From Myxococcota bacterium (GTDB lineage Bacteria > Myxococcota_A > UBA796 > SXON01), in assembly GCA_040386535.1 (NCBI GenBank), contig JAZKFH010000016.1:1-64000 (forward strand): DNA of 64,000 nucleotides, in the 5' to 3' direction. Shown piece after piece: positions 21,013 through 32,109 of the stretch. The translations under genes were made by a program, and so were the position numbers. Every line of letters begins with the position of its first letter. The stretch's first letter is position 1. The notes under the pieces were generated by a model. That model was not told the DNA's origin, did not search any database, and was given only the letters and a program-made list of their open reading frames with translations.

Positions 21013-22710
21013 TCACATCCGGTCGAGCACCGTGAGGCCGAGCAGCTCCAGGCCGTGGCGCAGGACGCGGCGGGTCGCGTCGACCAGGGCGAGGCGCGAC
21101 GGACGGGCGTCGCCGCCCTTGAGGACCGGACAGTCGTGGTAGAACCGGTTGAACCGGCCGGCCACCTCGTACAGGTGCTCGGCGAGCTGGTTGGGGCGGT
21201 ACCCGCGCGTCGCGGCGGCCACCATCTCCGGGTAGCGCGCCAGGGCCAGGAGGAGCTCGCGCTCCAACGGATCGCGGATCACGATGGCGCCGAGGTCGGG
21301 GGCCTCGCCGCCTTCCTCCGCGCGGAGCGCCTTGGCGAGCACGGAGGCACAGCGCGCATGGCTGTAGAGCAGGTAGGGCGCAGTGTTGCCTTCCAGCGAC
21401 AACATGCGGTCCCACTCGAAGGTCAAGTTGGTCTGCGGGTTCTGGGAGAGGTCGGAGTAGCGCACCGCGCCGACGCCCACCGCCTCCGCGATCGCGGCCC
21501 GCTCGGCGTCGTCGAGGTGCGGCGCCTTGCTGTCCACCACCGCCCGCGCCCGCCGCACGGCCTCGTCGAGCAGATCGACGAGGCGGATGGTGTTGCCCTC
21601 GCGGGTCGTGAAGATGATGCCCGCGGGCAGTGTCATCATGCCGAACCACACGTGCACCAGCTCCGCGTCCGACGCATCCAGCCGGCGAGCGATCTCGAAC
21701 ACCTGCTGGAAGTGCCGCTGCTGGCGCATGTCAGTGACGATCACGATGCGATCGGGGTGCCACCGGCCCTCGCGGTAGCGTACGCACGCGACGTCACTCG
21801 TGGTGTAGTTGTCGGCGCCGTCCTTCTTGCGGACGATGGCCACGTCGTGCTCGAAGCGCACGATGGTCGCGCCCTCGGACGCCTCCGCGATGCCGGCGGC
21901 GAGCAGATCGTCGACCACCTGGTCGGTCATGTCGCGGTAGGCGCTCTCGCCGAGCGTCTCGTCGAAGTGGACGCCGAGCCGCTTGTAGACGGCCTCGAAC
22001 TCGCCCATCGAGATGGCGAGGAACTGCTTCCAGAGGGCGGTGTTCTCGGGGTCCCCCTTCTGGAGCTTGGCGATCTCGGCGCGCGCGGCGTCTCCGAGCG
22101 CGGGATCGTCCTTCGCCCGCTTTCCGAACTCGACGTAGAGCCGCTCCAGCTCGCCGATGGGATCCGCCTCGAACGCCAACGGATCGAGCCAGTTGTGGTA
22201 CGCGACGATGAGCTTCCCGAATTGGGTGCCCCAGTCGCCGATGTGGTTGTCACCCACCACGGTCCAGCCCGCCGCGCGGTGCATGCGCACCAGGGCGTCC
22301 CCGATGTGGGTCGAGCGCATGTGCCCGATGTGCATGCGCTTCGCGACGTTCGGCGACGAGAAGTCGACCACGACGGTGCGCCCGGCGCCCTCGGGCGCGA
22401 CGCCGACGTTCGGCTCGGTCACCTGGGCGGCGACGGTGCGGGCGATCCAGGCGTCATCGAGCGTGAGGTTGATGAAGCCGGGGCCGGCCACCTCGACCTT
22501 GGTGATCGCGGGGTGCTGGATCAGCGGCGCGAGGCGCTCGGCGAGCGCGCGCGGGTTCATTCGCTGCGCCTTCGCCATGCGGAACGCGAAGTTCCACTGG
22601 TAGTCGCCGTGGGCGGGGTTGCCGGTCGGCGCGACGGGCTCGACCTCGGCGGCGGGGTCGACGGTGGCGGCGACCGCGGCGAGACAGGGCTGGAGGAGGG
22701 CGGGGATCAT
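21013..22710 (-). CDS. argS: Arginine--tRNA ligase
   Basis: HGDYQ, VAGPGFIN, VDFSSPNVAKRMHIGHMRST, NHIGDWGTQFG, EGNTAPYLLYSHAR; C-terminal anticodon-binding domain ending LDRM. Confidence 0.97.
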   Translation of the reverse strand: MIPALLQPCLAAVAATVDPAAEVEPVAPTGNPAHGDYQWNFAFRMAKAQRMNPRALAERLAPLIQHPAITKVEVAGPGFINLTLDDAWIARTVAAQVTEPNVGVAPEGAGRTVVVDFSSPNVAKRMHIGHMRSTHIGDALVRMHRAAGWTVVGDNHIGDWGTQFGKLIVAYHNWLDPLAFEADPIGELERLYVEFGKRAKDDPALGDAARAEIAKLQKGDPENTALWKQFLAISMGEFEAVYKRLGVHFDETLGESAYRDMTDQVVDDLLAAGIAEASEGATIVRFEHDVAIVRKKDGADNYTTSDVACVRYREGRWHPDRIVIVTDMRQQRHFQQVFEIARRLDASDAELVHVWFGMMTLPAGIIFTTREGNTIRLVDLLDEAVRRARAVVDSKAPHLDDAERAAIAEAVGVGAVRYSDLSQNPQTNLTFEWDRMLSLEGNTAPYLLYSHARCASVLAKALRAEEGGEAPDLGAIVIRDPLERELLLALARYPEMVAAATRGYRPNQLAEHLYEVAGRFNRFYHDCPVLKGGDARPSRLALVDATRRVLRHGLELLGLTVLDRM

Positions 22711-22722
22711 GATCCGCGCCGT

Positions 22723-23490
22723 TTATCCCGGTGGCTCCCCCGCGGCCTCGGCCGGCCGGCGGACATTGCCCGACCGGACCGGGATCGGGCCGCGCGTCTG
22801 GCCGCGCCGCCGCAGGCACTCCCCCTCCACGAACTCGTCCACCCATCCCACCGTCTCCGGGCCCTCGACCCAGAGGGTGCGCTTGCCGCTGTTCCCGTCG
22901 GGCACCGACCCGTCGCAGAAGGTGCCCCCGCCGGCACGTCCGAGGGCGTTGAGCGTGAGGAGCACGGTCTGGCGGGCCCCCTCGACACAGTCCTGCGTGG
23001 GGCACCCCGTCGGGTCGACCGGCTCGCCCTTCTCCATGCGGTCCTGGAACCACGTCTTCCAGAACAGGCGCTGGGCGTCCGCCGCGCGCGGCAGGCCCTG
23101 GTACGCCACGGCGGTCGCGGCCGCGTCGGTCAACGGCTGATCGAGCACGGCGCGCGCCCCGATGCGGATGAGGTGGAAGCTGCACTCGCGCGCGAAGACG
23201 GTCCGGTCGCACGCGGCGAACGCCTCGGCGAGGTTGCCGGCGCGGGCCTCCCGCTCGGCGTAGAGGAACACGCACTCGTCGTGCCACACCCCCTTGGGGA
23301 TCCCGTCGCAGTCGGCCTCGTCGAGCCGGCCCTGCGCCTCCATCGCGGCCACGAGGCAGTCGGGCCCGTCCGCCTCAGGCAGCTGTCCGCAGAGCCGGCG
23401 CGACTCTTCCCACGACGTCGACGCGAGGGCGTCCCGGTACAGCTCCGCCGGGCCCCGGGACTCGCAGGCGGCCAGCAGGAGGAAGATCAG
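22723..23490 (-). CDS. Cys-rich hypothetical lipoprotein (start possibly CTG)
   Basis: LIFLLLAA-C begins 1 nt after the upstream TGA; repeated C...dC helical motifs; no ATG/GTG/TTG at that point. Confidence 0.65.
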   Translation of the reverse strand: MIFLLLAACESRGPAELYRDALASTSWEESRRLCGQLPEADGPDCLVAAMEAQGRLDEADCDGIPKGVWHDECVFLYAEREARAGNLAEAFAACDRTVFARECSFHLIRIGARAVLDQPLTDAAATAVAYQGLPRAADAQRLFWKTWFQDRMEKGEPVDPTGCPTQDCVEGARQTVLLTLNALGRAGGGTFCDGSVPDGNSGKRTLWVEGPETVGWVDEFVEGECLRRRGQTRGPIPVRSGNVRRPAEAAGEPPG

Positions 23491-23491
23491 G

Positions 23492-23749
23492 TCAGTTGTC
23501 GCAGGAGTTGGGCGCGTTTCCGCAGTGGCCGCAGGACTCGCCCGCGGAGGGCGAAGCGCCGCCTCCGCCGGTGCTCCCGCCCTTCCCCACGTACGGCGCG
23601 GTGACCATCCGCGAGAGCGTGCCGGGCGAGGCGCAGATGCCCGTGGCGCCGGAGAGCTCGGGCACGTCGTCGCAGCTCTGCGGCTCGAGCCCGCGAACCA
23701 GCACGTCTGCTGTTTTTCCACAGGCACAACGGTAGGCGTAGATCGGCAT
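23492..23749 (-). CDS. FmdB-family zinc-ribbon protein
   Basis: MPIYAYRCACG...LSRMVTAP, Gly/Ser linker, C-terminal CGHC...C; GGAG RBS. Confidence 0.85.
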   Translation of the reverse strand: MPIYAYRCACGKTADVLVRGLEPQSCDDVPELSGATGICASPGTLSRMVTAPYVGKGGSTGGGGASPSAGESCGHCGNAPNSCDN

Positions 23750-23821
23750 GGGGTGCTCCGCTCGGCAGCGTATCCCCGCGGTGGCTATCGAGGAGGGCGC
23801 GGGGAGGGGTAGACTCCCGCC

Positions 23822-24130
23822 GTGTTGTGGCTCCTCGCGCTCCTCGCCTGCCCCTCCCCCTCAGGCACGGCCCCCTCGGGCCCCGCCACGACCGGGAGCC
23901 GCTCCGCCGACCTCGCGCTCCGCGCCGGAGAGGTGGGCCGCCGCGCCGACGTGCTCGCCGAGCGGTCGCGTGCGCTCGAGGGCCTCTTCGACGAGCTCCG
24001 GGAGGCCCCGCCCGAGGCGCGCGAGGCGATCCGGGTCCAGATCCAGGCGCAGGCGGAGGCGCTCCAGACCGAGGCCGAGGCCCTGCGCACCGAGGTCGTG
24101 GACATCGAGGGCGCGGCGCGCGTCTGGTAG
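23822..24130 (+). CDS. Small coiled-coil lipoprotein
   Basis: MLWLLALLA-C; helical body; TAGACT 6 nt upstream of the start. Confidence 0.75.
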   Translation: MLWLLALLACPSPSGTAPSGPATTGSRSADLALRAGEVGRRADVLAERSRALEGLFDELREAPPEAREAIRVQIQAQAEALQTEAEALRTEVVDIEGAARVW

Positions 24131-24135
24131 CGGTC

Positions 24136-24639
24136 TTAGGGGCCGAGCGTGCGGAAGAACGCCTGTGTGTCGTCCCGGAGCGTGCGGTAGTCGATGGCCT
24201 CGAGGCGATCGGCCTCGATCGCGACGCCGAACGGCACCAGGTCTCCGTCCGGAAGGGTGGCGCCGGCCTTCGCAAGGCACACCCACGTGGGCCGGCCGGC
24301 GGGAGGTTGCCCGTCCCACCCCTTCGCGAGCGAGACCAACACGGCCGCGCTCGCGGCATCCGTGACAAAAGACAACCCTGGCGTCGGCCACGGCGCCGCG
24401 ACCACCCGCGGCCTCCCCTCGCCCGGGTGGAGGGCGCAAACACGATCCGCCCCTTCGTCCGATGCCGGCAGGTTCATCTGGCCCAAGCGGCGCTTGAACA
24501 CATCGCCGGGGTTCGTGTCGGCGCGACTCAACGCGTAGGTGTCCCGCTGCAGATCCTCCGCCGAGATGGTCTCGACCCCGCCGGCCGGGAGCTCGATGCC
24601 CAGGCGGTCGGCCGGGCACGCGATTAGCATCGAGAACAT
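24136..24639 (-). CDS. Small lipoprotein resembling a degenerate M28 peptidase scaffold
   Basis: MFSMLIA-C; ISAEDLQRD, DAASAAVLVSLAK, ADRLEAIDY resemble M28 landmarks, but the metal ligands are missing. Confidence 0.55.
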   Translation of the reverse strand: MFSMLIACPADRLGIELPAGGVETISAEDLQRDTYALSRADTNPGDVFKRRLGQMNLPASDEGADRVCALHPGEGRPRVVAAPWPTPGLSFVTDAASAAVLVSLAKGWDGQPPAGRPTWVCLAKAGATLPDGDLVPFGVAIEADRLEAIDYRTLRDDTQAFFRTLGP

Positions 24640-25558
24640 GATGTTGATCATCGGCCTGGCGTTCGCGGGGGAGGTCTGCACCACCTATGGGGCACCCGAG
24701 GAGACCGTCCAGGTGAACAGCGGGTTCCCGAACATCCAGGCGTCGGGGCTCGCGGCGGCGCGGCTCGAGGACGACCTGTACTACACGCACGACGACAACA
24801 AGGGCGATGCCGCGCTCTACGTCGTTCGGGGAGACGGCACGTTCGTCATCGAACAGACCGTCACGGGCGCCACCAACGAGGACTGGGAGGACATCGCCTC
24901 CGGGCCGTGCCCGGCCTCCGTCGACGCGGAACACTGCTTGTGGATCGCCGACATCGGCGACAACGACCAGATCCGCACGAGCGTGGATGCGTGGGTCGTG
25001 CGGGAGTCCACGGCCGCGGAGGAGCCCGCCGTGCGGTGCCCGCTCCTCTACCCGGAGGGCCGCAGTCACGACGCCGAGGCCATGTTCATCACGCCCGACG
25101 GCACCCTGCGGATCGTCACCAAGGACAACGACCACGCCAAGGTGTTCCGCCTCTCCGACCCGCAATGTGACGGCGGCGAGCCGCAGCTCCTCACGGAAGA
25201 AGCGGAGATCTTCCTCGAAGAGCCCGTGACCGGCGCCGCGATGAGCCCGGACGGCGCGTCGGTCGTGCTCCGCGGCCTCACCAAGGCCTGGTTGTGGACC
25301 GGGTGCGCGCTCAAGTGGAACGGCGACTACGTCGACGTCGACCTCGGCGTGCAGCCCCAGGGCGAGGCCGTCGCCTACGCGAACGACGGCTCGCTGGTCT
25401 CCACCTCCGAGATCATCGACACCGAGCCGGTCCGCCTCTGGCGCACGCCCTGCGCGGAGACCGCCCCCCTCGAGTGCGCGGACTGTGGCTGCGGCGGCGA
25501 GGCGGCCTTCCTGCTCCTACTTCCGATCGGCGCGTGGACCCGTCGTCGGAGGGGTTGA
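24638..25558 (+). CDS. Secreted beta-propeller-like protein with MYXO-CTERM/GlyGly-CTERM-like sorting tail
   Basis: ASGLA, THDD, DWEDIA, WIADIGDN, DAEAM, QGEAVAY; ends CGCGG-AAFLLLLPIGAW-TRRRRG. Confidence 0.8.
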   Translation: MMLIIGLAFAGEVCTTYGAPEETVQVNSGFPNIQASGLAAARLEDDLYYTHDDNKGDAALYVVRGDGTFVIEQTVTGATNEDWEDIASGPCPASVDAEHCLWIADIGDNDQIRTSVDAWVVRESTAAEEPAVRCPLLYPEGRSHDAEAMFITPDGTLRIVTKDNDHAKVFRLSDPQCDGGEPQLLTEEAEIFLEEPVTGAAMSPDGASVVLRGLTKAWLWTGCALKWNGDYVDVDLGVQPQGEAVAYANDGSLVSTSEIIDTEPVRLWRTPCAETAPLECADCGCGGEAAFLLLLPIGAWTRRRRG

Positions 25559-26356
25559 GCCCCGGGCGGGGGCCTTGTCCCCGCCGTCGCTCACCGGCTG
25601 CTGACCCGGCCGCTCGCCCTCGATCCGGATGTTGCCGTTCTGGGTGCGCGCCACGATGACCGACTGCGAGGTGGCGTCCTCCTGCAGCAGCACGCCGAGG
25701 ATGAGATCCCCGGTCGGGGCCGCGGCCTGGATGCGGTAGGGCCCCGCCGGCGCGAGCAGGTTCACGTCCCCGGACTCGGTGCGCGCGACGAGCCGCTCCG
25801 GCTTGTTCATCACGTGCAGCTCCACCGTGCCCCCGTCCGAGCGCGCGTCGATGACCGTGCCCGTCAGGCCATCCCCCATGATCGAGCCGTTCCCCGTCTC
25901 CACGAACACGACCCCGCCGATGTCGTGGAGCTCGATGGGGCCGTCCTCCGTGGCGCCCTCGACATCTCCGTTCACGCCGCTCACGACCATCCCGCCGAGG
26001 CCCGAGCTCACCCCCACGCTCACGTCGGCGCCGACCTCGATCGTCACGTCGGTGCGGCACGTCAACGCGAACGTGTCGCAGCGCCCGATGATGTGGAGCA
26101 CGCCGTCCTGGACGTAGTGGAGCACCTCGGGCGCCGCTTCGCTCCAGCGCATCTCGACCGTGCCGCGCGCGCCCGCGCCGGCCCCCGCGCTGGTGATCGC
26201 GACGTTCCCCGCGTCGAGATCGACCTCGATGCGCGTGATCGGGCCCGTCTCCTGGATGCTCTCCGTCCCGCGCTCCCGCCCGTACGTGAGGCAGCCCGAC
26301 GCGAGCACCGTGGACGCGCCGATGGCGAGCAGCATTCCGAGCCTTGGTCCAAGCAT
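25517..26356 (-). CDS. DUF4097-like beta-strand repeat (putative adhesin) lipoprotein
   Basis: LASG-C lipobox; repeated T-x-x-G-x-I/V units (TEDGPI, TGNGSI, SDGGTV, TESGDV, TQNGNI). Confidence 0.8.
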   Translation of the reverse strand: MLGPRLGMLLAIGASTVLASGCLTYGRERGTESIQETGPITRIEVDLDAGNVAITSAGAGAGARGTVEMRWSEAAPEVLHYVQDGVLHIIGRCDTFALTCRTDVTIEVGADVSVGVSSGLGGMVVSGVNGDVEGATEDGPIELHDIGGVVFVETGNGSIMGDGLTGTVIDARSDGGTVELHVMNKPERLVARTESGDVNLLAPAGPYRIQAAAPTGDLILGVLLQEDATSQSVIVARTQNGNIRIEGERPGQQPVSDGGDKAPARGSTPPTTGPRADRK

Positions 26357-26462
26357 GATCCCTCCCCCGAAGCCAACCGATGTGTACGCGGGGCGAGGGA
26401 GTCCGGTCGCCCGGGCGCTCCGTTACCTCTCGTTGCCGTTCGGCGGCCGGGAATCAGGGGCG

Positions 26463-27443
26463 TCAGCAGTACCCGTGCTGCCGGAACCACGCAAAGGCGC
26501 TCTCGACCGTCTGGCGCATCGGGGTGCGCGGCACGCCGAGCTCGTCCCAGCTACGCCGGCCCGTGCGATAGCGGCCCTGCTGCATCGCGACGAGCACGTG
26601 GCGGTCGAGCCCGGCGAAGCGGTGCGAATCGACCCGCTGGAGCAGCGAGCCCACGCGGCCCGCGGCGCCGAGGACGAGGCCGGGCACGGGGATCATCGGC
26701 GGGCGCTTGCCGGTGACCTCGGCGCAGAGGCTCATGAACGCGCGGTAGGACATGTTGTGGTTCCCGAGCAGGTAGCGGCGGCCCGGCCGCCCCTTGTCCA
26801 TCGCGGCGAGGTGGCCCACGGCACAATCGTCGGCATCGACGAAACACTTGCCGCCGGTGGGGTAGGCGGGCACGAACCCCTTGGCGATCGTGACGAGCAG
26901 CTGCCCGCTCGTGGGTTTCACGTCCCACGGCCCGAGCACATAGTCGGGGTTCACGATGACGGCGCCCCACGCGGCCCCGATCTGCTCGCTCTCGAGCTTG
27001 GTGTCGTGGTACACGCGCAAGGCGCCGCGCCTGCCGTAGATCGCGTCGGGATCGAAGGGGGTCTCCTCGTCACCAGGGGCGTCCACCGTGCCGAAGCCGA
27101 CGGTCACGCTCGACGAGCACACGAGCAGCTTCGGCACCCCCGACTTGGTCGCGGCGGCGCAGAGCGCAGCGGTCGCGTCGACGTGGAGGGTGCGCATCGC
27201 GTCCTCCCCGCCGGGCCCCGGGTCGAAGATGCCCGCGATGTGGAAGATGCCGTCGCAGCCCTCGGCCGCCTTCGCCAGCGCGTCGACGTCGGTGATGGAC
27301 GGCGTGACGAGCTCGACGGGCAGGCCCTCCAGACACACATTGGGCTTGCGGACGACACACCGCACGGTGTCGCCGCGGGCCAGCAGGTGGCGCACCACGT
27401 TCGCGCCGACGAACCCGGTGCCGCCGGTCACGAGGTACCGCAT
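26463..27443 (-). CDS. NAD-dependent epimerase/dehydratase (HpnA/dihydroflavonol reductase-like)
   Basis: TGGTGFVG, FHIAG, SS, YHDTK, VNP..VLGPWDVKPT, GRRYLLG. Confidence 0.88.
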   Translation of the reverse strand: MRYLVTGGTGFVGANVVRHLLARGDTVRCVVRKPNVCLEGLPVELVTPSITDVDALAKAAEGCDGIFHIAGIFDPGPGGEDAMRTLHVDATAALCAAATKSGVPKLLVCSSSVTVGFGTVDAPGDEETPFDPDAIYGRRGALRVYHDTKLESEQIGAAWGAVIVNPDYVLGPWDVKPTSGQLLVTIAKGFVPAYPTGGKCFVDADDCAVGHLAAMDKGRPGRRYLLGNHNMSYRAFMSLCAEVTGKRPPMIPVPGLVLGAAGRVGSLLQRVDSHRFAGLDRHVLVAMQQGRYRTGRRSWDELGVPRTPMRQTVESAFAWFRQHGYC

Positions 27444-27445
27444 CG

Positions 27446-28624
27446 TCAGCTTCTCCCAGCCGGGCGCCGGTATCCGGCGAGCACCACCACGGCCACGACG
27501 ACCAGCGCCGCGGCGGAGAGGCGGAGCGCCGGTTGGAGACCGAGGTGGCTCGCCATCCACCCGCCGAACAGGCTCCCGACGGCCTGCCCGCCCACTGCGA
27601 AGGTCAGGTAGTAGGCGAGCGCGCGCGCGCGGACCTCGGCGGGGGCGCGCATCTGGACGCCCGCGTTCACCGTGCTGATCGTGCCGATCCACCCCATCCC
27701 CGAGAGCGCGGCACCCACGAGCGCCTGGGGGAGCGTGTGCGCCGAGGACAACACGAAGAGCCCGAGCGCGCTCACGACGGTGGTGGTGGCGATGAAGGGC
27801 CGGTTGCCGAAGCGCTGGACGGCGCTCGCGACGAGCAGGCCCGAGGAGACGGCGCCCAGCCCGAACGCGGAGAGGAGGCGGCCGTAGGACTGCGCGTCGC
27901 CGCCGAGGGCGTCCCGCGCGACGACCGGGAGGAGCGAGAGCGAGGGCATGGCGAACAGGCCGAAGGCGAGGCCCACGACGTAGAGCCGCACGAGGCCGGG
28001 CTCGGAGAGGGGGGAGCGCACCGGACCGGTCACGACGGCCGGCGGCTGCGGCGGGAGGCGCCAGAGGAGCAGGCCGATGAACGTGTAGCTGGCGGCGTTG
28101 GTGAGGAAGGCCGCGGCGGGCCCGACGGCCACGAGCATCCACGCGCCGGCCGCGGGGCCCACCGCGCGCGCGAGGTTGAACCCCGTGCTCATGAGCGCCA
28201 CCGCCTTCGGCACCTCCTCGTCGGGCACCTGGCGCGGAACGGTGGCCTGCCACGCGGGGCCGTTCAGCGCGCCGAGGATGCCGAGCAGGAACGTGAGCGA
28301 GAGCAGCACCGGCAGCGTCAGCCGCTCGAAGGCGGCGAGCACGCCCATGGTCGCGACGACGACCGCGAGGCCGGCGTGCGTCGCGATGAGGAGGCGCCGC
28401 CGATCGAGGGCATCGGCGAGGGTGCCGGCGAACAGCGACAGGAGCACCATCGGCGCGAGCTGCAGGGCGTCGACCGCGGAGACGGCCAGGGGCGACGGGG
28501 ACAAGGTCGCCGCGGACCAGCGCGCGGCGACGTTGTGCACCCAGGTGCCCAGGAACGAAACGAGCCCTGCGAGCCACAACGCCCGGAAGCGGGTGTGGCG
28601 GAGCGGCGCGAAGGGCCCTCGCAC
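27446..28624 (-). CDS. MFS transporter (MFS_3/DHA3-like)
   Basis: FRALWLAGLVSFLG, GTLADALDRRRLL, FNLARAVGPA; about 12 TM. Confidence 0.9.
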   Translation of the reverse strand: MRGPFAPLRHTRFRALWLAGLVSFLGTWVHNVAARWSAATLSPSPLAVSAVDALQLAPMVLLSLFAGTLADALDRRRLLIATHAGLAVVVATMGVLAAFERLTLPVLLSLTFLLGILGALNGPAWQATVPRQVPDEEVPKAVALMSTGFNLARAVGPAAGAWMLVAVGPAAAFLTNAASYTFIGLLLWRLPPQPPAVVTGPVRSPLSEPGLVRLYVVGLAFGLFAMPSLSLLPVVARDALGGDAQSYGRLLSAFGLGAVSSGLLVASAVQRFGNRPFIATTTVVSALGLFVLSSAHTLPQALVGAALSGMGWIGTISTVNAGVQMRAPAEVRARALAYYLTFAVGGQAVGSLFGGWMASHLGLQPALRLSAAALVVVAVVVLAGYRRPAGRS

Positions 28625-28627
28625 GGT

Positions 28628-29782
<1,155 letters not shown>

Positions 29783-29880
29783 CGTGTCTCCGGTGCGGTG
29801 ATTTGGCTTGGGGGTCCCCCATGTAACCCTGCCAAGACGATCCCGCGTGATTACACGTCGGGCCATCGGAGCCCTACACC

Positions 29881-30459
29881 ATGGACACCTCGCTGCACGG
29901 CGGCACCACCCCGGCGGTGATCGACACCTTGCCGACGCCCAACCCCGACGCCCTCATGTTCAAGCTTCAGGAGACCCTCGTGCCCAGCGGCACGTTCGAG
30001 TACCGCACCGCCGGCCAGGCGTCGGACGCTCCCCTGCCCCGCCGCCTGTTCGATCTCACCGGCGTGGTCTCGGTCCTCGTCGCGCCGCGTTTCGTCACGG
30101 TCAACAAGGACCCGACGATCACCTGGCCGGAGATCGTGCCCCAGGTCAAGGCCGCGATCCGCGACTTCCTCGACTCCGGCGACATGGCGGTGCCCGAGAC
30201 CGAGATCGATCTCGGCCAGTACAGCGATCCCATCGAGCGGAAGGTCGTCGCCATCCTCGACGAGTTCATCCGCCCCGCGGTCGCGCAGGACGGCGGGGAC
30301 ATCATCTACCGGGGCCTGGAGGACGGCATCGTGCTCCTCAAGCTCATCGGCAGCTGCAGCTCGTGCCCGTCGAGCACGGTCACCCTCGCCCAGGGCGTCG
30401 AGCGCATGCTGCTCGAAGAGGTGCCCGAGGTGCGCGGGGTCCGCCAAGTCGAGTTCTAG
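29881..30459 (+). CDS. NfuA/Nfu1-type Fe-S cluster carrier (Nfu_N plus NifU-C)
   Basis: [30 protein letters not shown]. Confidence 0.92.
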   Translation: MDTSLHGGTTPAVIDTLPTPNPDALMFKLQETLVPSGTFEYRTAGQASDAPLPRRLFDLTGVVSVLVAPRFVTVNKDPTITWPEIVPQVKAAIRDFLDSGDMAVPETEIDLGQYSDPIERKVVAILDEFIRPAVAQDGGDIIYRGLEDGIVLLKLIGSCSSCPSSTVTLAQGVERMLLEEVPEVRGVRQVEF

Positions 30460-30517
30460 CCAAGTCGTGCCCGCCCCTCCGGATTCGCGGTAGGTTGCCG
30501 CGCTTCCGGAGCTGCGC

Positions 30518-31624
30518 ATGTTCTTCCTCCTCCTCCTCGCCTGCGTCGACTCCGAGCCCGCCTTCGTGAGCGTGCGCGACATCGACAAGGCGCTCGCCAC
30601 CGGGGACACCGCGTCGTTGTGCGCGGGCCTGCGCATGAAGGACGCGCCCACCCGCGAAGCCGCCGCGACGAAGCTGAAGGACTACCCGTACGACAGCAGC
30701 TGCCTCTGCGATCGGCTCCAGGTCGACAAGCGGTGGGACCCCGCGATCCTCGATGGCCTCGCCAAGGCGACGGACGTCGAGAAGGTCGGCTGCGTCGGCA
30801 CGCTGATGGACGATCCCGCCCAGCCCGAGCGCACCGCGCTGGTCACCGCGCTCCTCAAGATCCCGGCGGCCCGCGGCCGACTCGTGACCGCCGCGGCGAG
30901 CGACGCCGACCCCACCGTGCGCGCCGCCGCGATGACCGTGTACCGCAACTCGAAGGACCCCGCCGAGCTCACCCAGGTCCAGGGCTGGCTCGCGTCCGAT
31001 CCGAACGCCGCCGTCCGCGCCTCCGCCGCCGCCGCGCTCCTCGGGCAGGCCTCCGCGGAGGGTGCCCTGCGCGACGCGATCGGCAAGGACACGGATCCCG
31101 CCGTGCGCGCCGCCGCCCTCACGGTCTACTCCTCGCTCGAGCCCGCCGACACCGACGTGGTGGCCTGCAAGGCGCTCCTCGAGGACGCCTCGCCCGAGGT
31201 ACGCATCGCCGCGCTCGGCACCATGCGCGCCACGCGGGACGCCGAGCAGCTCGCCTGCCTGCGCACGCGCGCCACGACCGAGGACACCTCCCCCGAGGTG
31301 CGCGCCGTGCTGCTCAAGACCCTCGCGTCGAGCGCCGCGCCCGAGGCCGCCGCCGTGTTGTGCGACATCATCCCCGTCTGGGTGAAGACCTACGTGAAGG
31401 ACGCGGCCCCGTCCGAGGGCGACGACATCCTCCGGGCCCAGAACGACCGGGACTTCGAGCGCAGCTACGCGTGCGTGCAGGCCGCCGTGAAGGCGGGCGG
31501 TGGTTATACGTGCGCCGGTCGCGCTTACGTCGGCGCCTTCTTCCGGGACCTCGGGGGCAAGGCCGGCGTGCCGACCTGCGGCGCGGGCGGGGCACGCGCA
31601 GCGAGCAACGAGGTCGTGTTCTAG
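30518..31624 (+). CDS. HEAT-repeat lipoprotein
   Basis: MFFLLLLA-C; repeated D-x-[DNS]-P-x-VR-x-AA units. Confidence 0.85.
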   Translation: MFFLLLLACVDSEPAFVSVRDIDKALATGDTASLCAGLRMKDAPTREAAATKLKDYPYDSSCLCDRLQVDKRWDPAILDGLAKATDVEKVGCVGTLMDDPAQPERTALVTALLKIPAARGRLVTAAASDADPTVRAAAMTVYRNSKDPAELTQVQGWLASDPNAAVRASAAAALLGQASAEGALRDAIGKDTDPAVRAAALTVYSSLEPADTDVVACKALLEDASPEVRIAALGTMRATRDAEQLACLRTRATTEDTSPEVRAVLLKTLASSAAPEAAAVLCDIIPVWVKTYVKDAAPSEGDDILRAQNDRDFERSYACVQAAVKAGGGYTCAGRAYVGAFFRDLGGKAGVPTCGAGGARAASNEVVF

Positions 31625-31660
31625 CCTGTCCTTCCGCGTGTCCTCCGATCCAGAGGTGAT

Positions 31661-32101
31661 GTGATGCCGAGTCTCTCCGAAGTGTTGGCCGAGCCCGCGC
31701 GTCGCAAGAAGGTCGTGGACGACGGCGTGGCCGTCATCGAGGCCGAGGTTTCCGACAAGAGCGGCCTCTCCGGCATCGCGATCAAGACCGCGTTCGGCAT
31801 GGTGCAGAAGGTCAAGCCCGGCTTCGTCGGCGGCACCCTGAACCACCTGCTGGACGACTTCGCGAAGAAGATCGATCCGTTCTGGCTCGAGTGCCAGGCC
31901 CAGAAGGCCGATCCGAAGGCCTACTTCGTGAAGAACGCCTCCCTCGTGGCGAACGCGCTGCTCTCCATCACGGACGGCCGCGCGCAACGAGCGTCGGGCC
32001 CGATCCGCAACACCTACGACAAGCTCCGCCCCCAGGCCGAGAAGCACGTCATCGAGGCGATGCCGCGGCTCGCGGGGTTGTTGCAGAAGCACGCGTCGTA
32101 A
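31661..32101 (+). CDS. Conserved hypothetical protein (DUF6918-like)
   Basis: EVSDKSGLSGIAIK...VKPG...ALLSITDGRA...YDKLRP.A.KHV..A.P pattern; GAGG RBS. Confidence 0.75.
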   Translation: MMPSLSEVLAEPARRKKVVDDGVAVIEAEVSDKSGLSGIAIKTAFGMVQKVKPGFVGGTLNHLLDDFAKKIDPFWLECQAQKADPKAYFVKNASLVANALLSITDGRAQRASGPIRNTYDKLRPQAEKHVIEAMPRLAGLLQKHAS

Positions 32102-32109
32102 GGGCCCGG

